DNA of 62,661 nucleotides from Planctomycetota bacterium (GTDB lineage Bacteria; Planctomycetota; MHYJ01; JACQXL01): NCBI GenBank assembly GCA_038059695.1, contig JBBTIZ010000004.1, positions 1 to 62,661 of the forward strand, read 5' to 3'. Shown piece by piece: positions 18,181 to 26,574 of this stretch (position 1 is its first letter; each line of letters starts with the position of its first letter). The notes under the pieces were generated by a model. It saw only the letters and a program-made list of their open reading frames with translations, ran no database searches and was not told where the DNA came from. The position numbers and the translations under genes were made by a program.

Positions 18181-18756
18181 ATGGTAAGCGATATTATGAC
18201 CTTGCAAGAAGTAGCCGACTATCTCAAGGTCAACAAGCAGACTATTTACCGGATGTTAATTGCCAAACAGCTCCCGTCTTTCAAGGTGCGAAGTGAATGG
18301 CGGTTCAGAAAAGAGACGATTGACCAATGGATTGAGGAGCAGGGCGCTTCGGAGAGGGGGCGCCCTGCCCACTTTGAGATTCCTGTTATCGGACGTATCG
18401 CGGCCGGCGCGCCTATATTAGCCGAGGAAAATATTGAAGACACTATTACAATTGACAGGAATTTAGTAAGAAACCCGGATAATGTCTTTGCCCTGAAAGT
18501 CCAGGGTGAAAGTATGGTCAACGCCGGTATCAATGACGGCGATATAATCTTAATCCGGCAACAACCGACTGCGGAAAACGGGGAGATGGTGGCAGTGATG
18601 ATTGACAACGAAGCCACGGTCAAAAGATTCTATCTGGAAAAAGGTAAGGTCAAACTCAAACCCGAGAACGACAAGATGAAACCCATTATCGTTGACCCCA
18701 AGGATAAAAACATTAGGATTGTGGGCAAGGTAGAACGGGTGATAAAGAAAGTGTAA
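18181..18756 (+). CDS. Excisionase-type HTH fused to LexA/S24 self-cleaving peptidase domain
   Basis: MTLQEVADYLKV...IYRM...LPSFKV..EWRF (HTH_17 pattern); IAAGAP cleavage site, GESM Ser and TVKRF Lys dyad. Confidence 0.85.
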   Translation: MVSDIMTLQEVADYLKVNKQTIYRMLIAKQLPSFKVRSEWRFRKETIDQWIEEQGASERGRPAHFEIPVIGRIAAGAPILAEENIEDTITIDRNLVRNPDNVFALKVQGESMVNAGINDGDIILIRQQPTAENGEMVAVMIDNEATVKRFYLEKGKVKLKPENDKMKPIIVDPKDKNIRIVGKVERVIKKV

Positions 18757-18760
18757 TAAA

Positions 18761-19882
18761 ATGACATTGCCAGATAATGACATAAGGAAATGGGAGTATA
18801 GAGAGCATACCAGAGTAAAACACATTTTGCTTCAACAGTATCTGAAAGCATGGATTCCTATATTAGGGAGATATAACAGCACGATTTGCTATTTTGATGG
18901 ATTTGCAGGTAGAGGAGAGTATCTTGATGATAAGGGCGTTTTGATTGCGGAGGGTTCGCCAATCATTGCCTTAAAAGAAGCAGATGCATTTAGTGATAGC
19001 TTTAAGAAATTCTTGTGTTTTATTATAGAAAAGGATTCTGATAACTTCCAAAATCTCACGGCTGTATTAGACCGGGAAAAAACAAATATAAAAAACTGGG
19101 ATAAAATAGAGGTTGTAAAAGAAAATAACGAGTTTGCATTTGTTATTGATAGTGTTTTTAAATCTCTTGAGCAGAAGCAATCTACTTTAGTACCGTCTTT
19201 CTTTTTTATAGACCCTTTTGGATATAGCGGAGTACCATTCAAGGTAATCCAAAAAATCCTGTCTAATCCCAAAACGGAGGTGTTTTTTACTTTAATGACA
19301 CGCGATATTAATCGTTTTCTTGAAGTTGGCCACGCAGAACAACACCTTGATGAGTTATACGGAACAAAAGAATGGAAAAACCTTCAAAGTTCACCTAAGC
19401 CAGAGGTTGCATTGGTTGATTTATATAGAAAGCAATTGCATAACTCAGCAAAAGTAAAATACAGCTTGGCTTTTCGGGTTTGCATGCCGGAAATCACGCA
19501 GACGGTTTATTATCTTATTCACGTAACGAATAATTTCAAGGGTCACAATATCATGAAAAGCATTATGTATAATCAAAGTGCTGATGGCAAATTCGCTTAT
19601 TTGGGCCCAAATGATTTAACGGAAAAATCCCAGGTAAAATTATTCAATGTTAACAATATTAGCGACTTGAAACAGTGCCTGCTTGAACGCTTCAAGGGAA
19701 AAACAATAGAATTCGCCAAGATTCACGAAATAACCTGCGAGCCATGGTATACCGAACCGCCTTTTATTGATACGCATTATAAAGACGCCATAGAAGAATT
19801 AGAAAAAGAGAAAAAAGTTGTCATAACAGGCAGAGGACCAAGAGGAGGGTTAAATACATCTCGAATTGCTTTCTTAACTTAG
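18761..19882 (+). CDS. tcmP: Three-Cys-motif partner protein TcmP (SAM-dependent methyltransferase-like)
   Basis: HT..KH.LL..YL.AW..IL, YFDGFAGRG, FFFIDPFGY, YYLIH.TN...G...MK. Confidence 0.85.
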   Translation: MTLPDNDIRKWEYREHTRVKHILLQQYLKAWIPILGRYNSTICYFDGFAGRGEYLDDKGVLIAEGSPIIALKEADAFSDSFKKFLCFIIEKDSDNFQNLTAVLDREKTNIKNWDKIEVVKENNEFAFVIDSVFKSLEQKQSTLVPSFFFIDPFGYSGVPFKVIQKILSNPKTEVFFTLMTRDINRFLEVGHAEQHLDELYGTKEWKNLQSSPKPEVALVDLYRKQLHNSAKVKYSLAFRVCMPEITQTVYYLIHVTNNFKGHNIMKSIMYNQSADGKFAYLGPNDLTEKSQVKLFNVNNISDLKQCLLERFKGKTIEFAKIHEITCEPWYTEPPFIDTHYKDAIEELEKEKKVVITGRGPRGGLNTSRIAFLT

Positions 19883-19905
19883 AATAAATTGTAATATAAC
19901 CAGAT

Positions 19906-20676
19906 ATGCAGTCCATAACACGAAAGACGTTATTATACAAAAGCGAGGTGGAATACGCTGATTTTTGCCTTAACCACGTAGAGGGTTGTTCGCATGGATG
20001 CAGATATCCTTGTTACGCTTACTTATTGAAGAAGAGATGCGGAACAGTTAAGACCTATGCCGAGTGGTGCCGGCCTAAGATTGTGGCTAATGCCTTGGAA
20101 CTTCTGGACAAGGAAATTCCAAAATACAAAGACCAAATAGAATACGTTCACCTGTGCTTTACTACCGACCCCTTTATGTATAAACAGGACGAGATATGCG
20201 ATTTGAGTTTGGAGATTATTGATAAACTTAATAATCATCATATCCGCTGCACTGTCCTGACCAAGGGAATTTATCCGCGGGAACTGGCCGGCAGGAACGG
20301 CTTGAGCAAAAATAACGAATACGGCATTACCCTGGTCTCCTTAAACGAGCAATTCAGGAAGGATTTTGAACCGCACTCATCTAAATTCCGTGACCGGATA
20401 GAATCACTCAAGCACCTGCATAAGAAAGGATTCAAGACATGGGTAAGCATAGAACCCTATCCCACGCCCAACCTGATAGGCCAAGATTTGGATGAGATAT
20501 TGGAATCAATATCATTTGTGGATAAAATCATATTCGGCAAGATGAATTACAATGGCCAATCAACCAAGTTTGAATACAATAAGGAATTTTATAACAGCAT
20601 GGCTTTAGCAGTAATCAGATTTTGTAGGAAGAATAAAATTAATTATTATATTAAAGAGGGAACTATCCATGCCTAA
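19906..20676 (+). CDS. Radical SAM protein (spore photoproduct lyase-like)
   Basis: N.VEGC.HGC.YPCYA, LCFTTDPF, LTKG, GITLVS, WVSIEP. Confidence 0.8.
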   Translation: MQSITRKTLLYKSEVEYADFCLNHVEGCSHGCRYPCYAYLLKKRCGTVKTYAEWCRPKIVANALELLDKEIPKYKDQIEYVHLCFTTDPFMYKQDEICDLSLEIIDKLNNHHIRCTVLTKGIYPRELAGRNGLSKNNEYGITLVSLNEQFRKDFEPHSSKFRDRIESLKHLHKKGFKTWVSIEPYPTPNLIGQDLDEILESISFVDKIIFGKMNYNGQSTKFEYNKEFYNSMALAVIRFCRKNKINYYIKEGTIHA

Positions 20677-21370
20677 GAAATTCTTCCCTATCGGCACGGC
20701 GACCACGCCCCGGAAACAGGCCGCCATCGCCAAAGTCAAGTCCGGATTGCTGGACACCTCGTCCTACGAATACGCCAAGGGCAAATGGCGGGCCTCGCTT
20801 TTCAATGCCCTGCGCAAGGCCATACCGTCTAAATGGTTCAACAATGAGGATGTCTGGGATTTTGCCGAGGAATGTGTTGACGACGCCTTTACCAGAATCA
20901 AGGAATATGACGAGAAGCACAGGTTCCGTGATTTCCTGGTGGCTAAGATTGTCCTGCCGGCTTATGAAGAACTATTGCGTAAGCATAGACAACGGCTGGC
21001 CGGCGAGAAGAGTTACACTGAAAACCAGCCCAAAAAAGTCCATATCAGCGCCAAAAATCTGATTGACGATATCAAACCAAGTATGGAAAGGGAATTAGCA
21101 AAGGACGTCCTGCGTAAACTCAAAGCAGAGGACGAAATGAAATACGAGGTCTTTTGTTACCGTGAATTTGACGAATGGGAATACAAGGACATAGCGGACG
21201 AATGGGGCATAAGCGAAGCCAACGCCAGACAGATATACGGCCGGGTTAAAAAGGAGATTATCCCTGAACTCTTTGACCGTATAAGCCAGAGCAATAAGTA
21301 TCTTGACAAAGACCTGAAAATAAAGAACGACATACTAAAATTATTGAAGAAAGAAATTAAAGGGAAATAA
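20669..21370 (+). CDS. Divergent ECF-type sigma factor
   Basis: Region-2-like DFAEECVDDAF...FRDFL and region-4 HTH YKDIADEWGISEANARQIYGRVKK; coupled to a kinase. Confidence 0.6.
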   Translation: MPKKFFPIGTATTPRKQAAIAKVKSGLLDTSSYEYAKGKWRASLFNALRKAIPSKWFNNEDVWDFAEECVDDAFTRIKEYDEKHRFRDFLVAKIVLPAYEELLRKHRQRLAGEKSYTENQPKKVHISAKNLIDDIKPSMERELAKDVLRKLKAEDEMKYEVFCYREFDEWEYKDIADEWGISEANARQIYGRVKKEIIPELFDRISQSNKYLDKDLKIKNDILKLLKKEIKGK

Positions 21371-21371
21371 T

Positions 21372-22325
21372 ATGGCAAATGAACCGTGGAAATCACTGAC
21401 GGATGATTATTTTGAACCGGATGAGACCGATATTATTTACGATGCGCCCAATAAACGGCCTAAATTGGTTTATTGCTGGAGGGCGCACCACCGCCATAAC
21501 CAGAAGACGTTTGTCTTTAAGTCCATCCATACCAGCCAGATTGACAATCTGAATGAAGAGTTGAAACTGACTCGCTTTTTTACGAAACTTGACCACCCGC
21601 ATTTGACGCATGTTTACGATGTCATTCATCCCAGAGGTTCAGAATGGATTCATTATCAAATGGAATATTGCGAGGCCAAAAGTTTGTCTTATTACCTAAA
21701 AGAACCGTTGCCGGAGAAGAGATGCTTGGAACTTATCAGGCAGATTCTGGAAGGATTGGATTACCTCCATCAGAATTATTTGGTGCATCGCGATATTAAG
21801 CCGGATAATATTTTCTTCTGCAAGGACGGGATATTAAAGGTCGGCGATTATGGATTGGTGAAGTCACAAAAGTGGGTAACCAGTTTATCCGCGGTGGGGA
21901 CGCCTGGTTATTGGGCGCCCGAGATGCAACCTGATGCCAGCCCTGAGCTGCATGGCAAACGCAACCATCGGGCTGACCTGTATTCGGTTGGGATTATCCT
22001 TCGTCAGATGGTATCGGGTAAATACCCGCCTTTTTCTGCGCAGAAGGAACCGCCGAAGGGAGTTCGGCCGGGACTCTGGGATATTATTCTTAAAGCCACT
22101 GATTCTGAACCGGACAAACGATTTCAATCAGCCCGGGACTTTTTTGCAGCGCTAAAATCTTATGCCCAGCCACCAGAAGAGAAACTCCTGGAGGCTATTT
22201 TCAAGATGCCAATCGAGAAGTCTGCTCCCCGAAAGATAAGAAGGAGTTTAACATTAGAAAAGATACTCGCACCGCCGGGGTCACAAGGTGAAACAGCACC
22301 AGCAACAGGACCAGTAACTTTGTAA
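21372..22325 (+). CDS. Ser/Thr protein kinase
   Basis: HRDIKPDN, KVGDYG, GTPGYWAPE, RADLYSVG; canonical glycine-rich loop not visible. Confidence 0.85.
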   Translation: MANEPWKSLTDDYFEPDETDIIYDAPNKRPKLVYCWRAHHRHNQKTFVFKSIHTSQIDNLNEELKLTRFFTKLDHPHLTHVYDVIHPRGSEWIHYQMEYCEAKSLSYYLKEPLPEKRCLELIRQILEGLDYLHQNYLVHRDIKPDNIFFCKDGILKVGDYGLVKSQKWVTSLSAVGTPGYWAPEMQPDASPELHGKRNHRADLYSVGIILRQMVSGKYPPFSAQKEPPKGVRPGLWDIILKATDSEPDKRFQSARDFFAALKSYAQPPEEKLLEAIFKMPIEKSAPRKIRRSLTLEKILAPPGSQGETAPATGPVTL

Positions 22326-22549
22326 AAAGGGCGATGTGTTCAGGAAGTATTAATCTATAGTAAAACTTCCTGACCGTTATCAATCAGCCGGGGAATTTCT
22401 TGAGGCATTAACGAGTATCCGTCCGCAGTAAAATTGAAGCGCATAATTCCGGGTATCACTTTACCATTTCAGCTATGGCTTTGGCAAATAGCGCTACTAA
22501 ACGCAAGAATATTTGTATTTAGTTTAGATAATCATTGGCTGCCCGGACC

Positions 22550-25105
22550 TTATTTTATCAGCGCAATCTTGAGGGCGTCTTCCAGGTTGTCTATTAACTT
22601 GAAATTCAGCCCGTCCAGAATATGCTTCGGGATTTCTTTGAGGTCTTTTTCGTTTTCCCGGGGCAGGATGATGGTCTTGATGCCGGCCCGGCGCGCGCCA
22701 ATCACCTTTTCCTTGATTCCCCCAACCGGCAGAATCTTGCCCCTCAATGTGATTTCTCCGGTCATTGAGACGTCATTGCGGATGGGTTTGTTCATAAAGA
22801 GCGAAATCAGAGCCACGCCCAGCGGCACGCCGGCGGACGGCCCGTCCTTGGGTGTGGCCCCGGCCGGGACGTGGATATGGATGTCGTAACCGTTAAAAGC
22901 GCTGTCCGGAATCTTGAGTTGTTTGGAGTGGCTCCGGATATAACTCAGGGCGGCCCGGGCTGATTCCTTCATCACGTCGCCCAAATGACCGGTCAGAATC
23001 AAACCGTTGTTTCCTCTCATCTTGGTGGCTTCCACAAAGATAATCTCGCCGCCAATCGGGGTCCAGGCCATTCCGGTCGCCACGCCGATATCGGGTTTGC
23101 GGCCGGCTATCTCGGCGAAGAATTTCACCGGCCCCAGGAAATCTTCTATATTAGCAGCCGTGGGTTTGGTCAGGGGTTTTTGAGTCGAGACCTGGCCCAT
23201 CAGAGACGCCTTGTTTTTAGCCACCTTGCGGCAGACCGTGGCGATTTCGCGCTCCAGGTTTCTGACCCCGGCTTCGCGGGTGTAATTAGTGATAATCTCA
23301 AAGAGCAGGTCCGGCTTAAAGTCAATGTCAGCGGCCTCCAGGCCGTGTTCGGCCAATTGCTTGGGCACCAGGTGCTCCTGGGCGATTTTAACCTTTTCTT
23401 CGGCAATATAGCCGGCCAGTTCCATGACCTCCATCCGGTCGCGCAGGGCCGAGGGAATGGTATCCAGGATATTGGCGGTGGTGATGAACATGACGGACGA
23501 CAGGTCAAAGTCCACCTCCAGATAGTGGTCTGAGAATGAGTTGTTCTGTTCCGGGTCCAGGACCTCGAGCAGGGCCGAGGCCGGGTCGCCCCGGAAATCC
23601 ATACCGATTTTATCCACTTCGTCCAGCATAAAGACCGGGTTCTTGGAGCCGGATTTGCGAATCCACTGGATAATCCGGCCGGGCAGGGCCCCGATATAGG
23701 TCCGGCGGTGGCCGCGGATTTCGGCCTCGTCCCGGACGCCGCCCAGGGAGAACCGGATGAATTTCCGGCCCAAGGCCCGGGCAATGGATTTGCCTAATGA
23801 TGTCTTGCCCACGCCGGGCGGTCCGACAAAGCACAGGATGGGGCCTTTCATATCCTTTTTCAGTTTCCGGACGGCCAGATATTCTATGATTCGCTCTTTT
23901 ACTTTTTCCAGTCCGTAATGGTCTTCGTCCAGGATTTTTTCAGCCCGGCTGATATCAAGATTGTCCTCGGTAGTCACGGCCCAGGGCAGGTTAATCAGCC
24001 AGTCCAGGTAGGTCCGGGCCACGGTATATTCGGCGGACGATGGGTGAATCCGGCTGAGGCGGTTGAGTTCCTCATCGGCAATCTTCTGGGCTTCAGGCGG
24101 CAGTTTGGCCTTGGCCAGTTGCTCTTTTAACTTGGGGATTTCGGTGTTCTTGCCATCGCCTTCGCCCAGTTCGCGCTGGATGATGCGCATCTGCTCGCGC
24201 AGGATTATCTCGCGCTGGGCCTTGGTGATTTCGTCCTTGACTTCGGTCTGGATGCGGTTACCCATGCGCATGACCTCGGCTTCGCGGTTGAGCAGGCGGA
24301 TGAGCCGTTCCAGTTTATCCTTGATGCTGTCCAGTTCCAGGACCTTCTGCTTTTCCTCCATCGGGAAATTAATATTGGAGGCGATGAAGTAGCACATAGT
24401 TAGGGGCGATGAGATATTCATGGCGGCCAGTTTGAGTTCCTCGAGCGGCAGGTAGGGGATGCCCTTGACGATTTCCATAAAGAGATTTATGGCCGTGCGG
24501 GACAGGGCCTCGGTCTCGGCGTCCCGCTCCACGTTCTCCTTGGCTATCAGTACCCGGGCCTTGAGATAGGGCTTGCGTTCTACAATGCCTTCCAGTTTGA
24601 TGCGCTCGATGCCCTGGACCAGGAGCCGGGTGGTGCCGTCCGGATACTTGAACATCTTGGCTACCTCAACCCGGCAGCCGTATTCGTATAAATCGGTCGG
24701 CTTGACGTCTGTTTCAATCGGCACAACCGGCGGTTCAAATGGCGTAAGCGGTTCGCCCACCGGGCGACCCTGTGGGTCGGGTGCCTGGGCCGGCCCGGTA
24801 ATGCCTTCTTCATCGGAAAGGTCATTCAATTCGCCTTGTTCGGCGATGGCGGATACTTGCTGGTCAAGCAGGGATGAGGGCTTGATGGCGATGAAACCGA
24901 ATGTCTTGGTGGTGGCCACCACGTCGTCAATCAACTGGGTGCCTTCTTTCTGGGAGATAATCAAAGGCAGGACCGTGCCCGGATAGACAATCAGGTCCCG
25001 GATAGTCATAATGGGCAGTTCCATAGTGACCTTATTGGACAGGGCCGTGGTCCCGCCCGGCGGGGGCGCTATTCCGTTCGGAATCAGGATATTGTTGTTA
25101 CTCAT
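22550..25105 (-). CDS. lon: ATP-dependent protease La
   Basis: DHYGLEKVKERI, GPPGVGKTSLG, PKDGPSAG, V.MTGEITLRG, GGIKEK; start at 25105 with GGAGG RBS. Confidence 0.97.
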   Translation of the reverse strand: MSNNNILIPNGIAPPPGGTTALSNKVTMELPIMTIRDLIVYPGTVLPLIISQKEGTQLIDDVVATTKTFGFIAIKPSSLLDQQVSAIAEQGELNDLSDEEGITGPAQAPDPQGRPVGEPLTPFEPPVVPIETDVKPTDLYEYGCRVEVAKMFKYPDGTTRLLVQGIERIKLEGIVERKPYLKARVLIAKENVERDAETEALSRTAINLFMEIVKGIPYLPLEELKLAAMNISSPLTMCYFIASNINFPMEEKQKVLELDSIKDKLERLIRLLNREAEVMRMGNRIQTEVKDEITKAQREIILREQMRIIQRELGEGDGKNTEIPKLKEQLAKAKLPPEAQKIADEELNRLSRIHPSSAEYTVARTYLDWLINLPWAVTTEDNLDISRAEKILDEDHYGLEKVKERIIEYLAVRKLKKDMKGPILCFVGPPGVGKTSLGKSIARALGRKFIRFSLGGVRDEAEIRGHRRTYIGALPGRIIQWIRKSGSKNPVFMLDEVDKIGMDFRGDPASALLEVLDPEQNNSFSDHYLEVDFDLSSVMFITTANILDTIPSALRDRMEVMELAGYIAEEKVKIAQEHLVPKQLAEHGLEAADIDFKPDLLFEIITNYTREAGVRNLEREIATVCRKVAKNKASLMGQVSTQKPLTKPTAANIEDFLGPVKFFAEIAGRKPDIGVATGMAWTPIGGEIIFVEATKMRGNNGLILTGHLGDVMKESARAALSYIRSHSKQLKIPDSAFNGYDIHIHVPAGATPKDGPSAGVPLGVALISLFMNKPIRNDVSMTGEITLRGKILPVGGIKEKVIGARRAGIKTIILPRENEKDLKEIPKHILDGLNFKLIDNLEDALKIALIK

Positions 25106-25697
25106 CTGTGGGCCCTCCTGTGATATGGCCACTGGAGATAATTTCAATATGCCTGATGGTAGTTACGTGCCCGCCAGAGACCGAGGCCGGCTGATGGCCG
25201 GCTGATTTCGTGGACTTGGGGATGACTATTTCCAGGAATCCGTCCTTGTAGGAAGCCGTTGATTGTTCCGGTTCAACGGCGCAATAGACCTCAATGTTCT
25301 TTTCAAACTTGCCGTAATTTATTTCCATCTGCCTAAAATTGCGTTTGGTGCGGATGTCGCGCTCGTCCCGGCATCCGGAGATGAGCAGGCGGTTGGCGTC
25401 AAAGGAGATAAGTATTTCTTCCGGCTTCATGCCGGCAATCTCAGTGCGGATGACGATTTCCTTATCGGTCTCGTAGATATCGGTGGGCGGTTGCCAGGCC
25501 TTTTCGGTATAGACCGAGATTAGTTTGCTGGAGGAGATGAAGAGTTCGGTGAACTTCATCCCGCCTTGCGGGACCTTGTCGTCCCCGCAATGAGCGGGAC
25601 GGAGTTTATCCCGCTCTTGGCGGGGTTGCGACTCCGCCCCGTTTGGAGCGGGACTTCGCTGTCGCTCCGCCGGCTTATGTGAATGTTTGGTGGTCAT
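25098..25697 (-). CDS. Hsp20/alpha-crystallin small heat-shock protein with REP-derived insertion
   Basis: WQPPTDIYET, EIAGM..E.I, F.QMEINYG.FE, A.YKDGFLEI..PK; AGGAGG RBS; overlaps lon start. Confidence 0.88.
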   Translation of the reverse strand: MTTKHSHKPAERQRSPAPNGAESQPRQERDKLRPAHCGDDKVPQGGMKFTELFISSSKLISVYTEKAWQPPTDIYETDKEIVIRTEIAGMKPEEILISFDANRLLISGCRDERDIRTKRNFRQMEINYGKFEKNIEVYCAVEPEQSTASYKDGFLEIVIPKSTKSAGHQPASVSGGHVTTIRHIEIISSGHITGGPTDE

Positions 25698-25770
25698 AGT
25701 TAGGTGTCCTCCTGTTTAGAGCGTCTAACAAACGGAAACTGTTCTCGCCAGAACCTGAATCTTGCGATAT

Positions 25771-25799
25771 TTATTACCTGTTTGTACTATCGGTGTCAA
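25771..25799 (-). promoter_or_regulatory. sigma70-like promoter of hsp20-lon
   Basis: TTGACA 25799-25794, 17 bp, TAATAA 25776-25771. Confidence 0.55.
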
Positions 25800-26001
25800 G
25801 GAAAATTATCGTATTCTCTGCGGGGGAGATGTAAGATACAGGGAAGGATTAACCGCAGGAGGCACTGAGACACTGAGAAGATGTAACCGCGAAAGCACTA
25901 AAGAAAGAAAACACGGAAAAGGATAAACCGCGAGATAGCACGAGATGGACACGAGAAAGCAAGGAGATGCTTTCGTGAGAATCCGGAGGTTGCCTTTTTT
26001 C

Positions 26002-26030
26002 TTGACGGCTTGATTAAAAGATATTATCCT
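26002..26030 (+). promoter_or_regulatory. Promoter of the tRNA-Pro/GIY-YIG locus
   Basis: TTGACG, 17 bp, TATCCT. Confidence 0.55.
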
Positions 26031-26046
26031 TACGCAAATAATAATT

Positions 26047-26134
26047 CGGGGCGTAGCGCAGTGGCGCTAAAGACGCCATGGCGCGAATAGCGCCATCTGG
26101 TTAAAGCGTGGCGCCGGGGCGCCAAGGCCGGTGG
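26047..26134 (+). pseudogene. 5' tRNA-Pro relic interrupted by TGGCGC hairpins
   Basis: First 16 nt identical to the tRNA at 26378; D-loop and variable-loop remnants in order; three TGGCG..CGCCA hairpins. Confidence 0.8.
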
Positions 26135-26137
26135 CTA

Positions 26138-26374
26138 ATGCAATACTATACCTATATATTATATAGTAAGAAACTGAATAAATATTATACGGGCAGCACC
26201 CAAAACCTTAGTAACCGTTTAGGGGAACATAATTCTGGCGAAGATAAATTTACTAAGGCCGGAGTGCCCTGGGAGATGGTTAAATCTTTTGCAGTTAATA
26301 CAAGGGCTGAGGCAGTTAAATTGGAAAACAAAATAAAGAAAAGAGGTGTTAAGCGATTTCTTAATACCAGATAA
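26138..26374 (+). CDS. Small GIY-YIG nuclease
   Basis: YTYILYS....YYTGST.NL..RL.EHNSG...FTK...PW...A..LE..IKK. Confidence 0.9.
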   Translation: MQYYTYILYSKKLNKYYTGSTQNLSNRLGEHNSGEDKFTKAGVPWEMVKSFAVNTRAEAVKLENKIKKRGVKRFLNTR

Positions 26375-26377
26375 AAT

Positions 26378-26453
26378 CGGGGCGTAGCGCAGTCTGGCTT
26401 AGCGCGCTTGGTTCGGGACCAAGAGGTCGGTGGTTCAAATCCACTCGCCCCGA
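26378..26453 (+). tRNA. tRNA-Pro (CGG)
   Basis: CGGGGCG/CGCCCCG acceptor, CTTGG-TTCGGGA-CCAAG anticodon arm, GGTTCAAATCC T arm; CCA not encoded. Confidence 0.95.
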
Positions 26454-26466
26454 TATATTATTATAA

Positions 26467-26527
26467 CTGGCTTAGCGCGTGGCGCCAAAGCGCCAAGGTC
26501 GTGGCGCTCCAAGCGCCATCGCCCCGA
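26467..26527 (+). pseudogene. 3' tRNA-Pro relic with anticodon and T arms replaced by TGGCGC hairpins
   Basis: CTGGCTTAGCGCG, AGGTC and CGCCCCGA are identical to the tRNA and in order; the two arms are TGGCGC-loop-GCGCCA. Confidence 0.85.
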
Positions 26528-26574
26528 TTTAACTGCACTAATTCGTGTAATCTGTGGTTTATCCCTCTGTGTGG

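Noticed and set aside
18181-18756. Naming this gene lexA
   Set aside because: Peptidase domain is LexA-like but the DNA-binding domain is excisionase-type, so it is probably an island regulator and not the host SOS repressor
26378-26453. tRNA-Pro as attachment site for the defence islands
   Set aside because: Partial copies flank only the GIY-YIG gene; islands are kilobases away and there is no integrase
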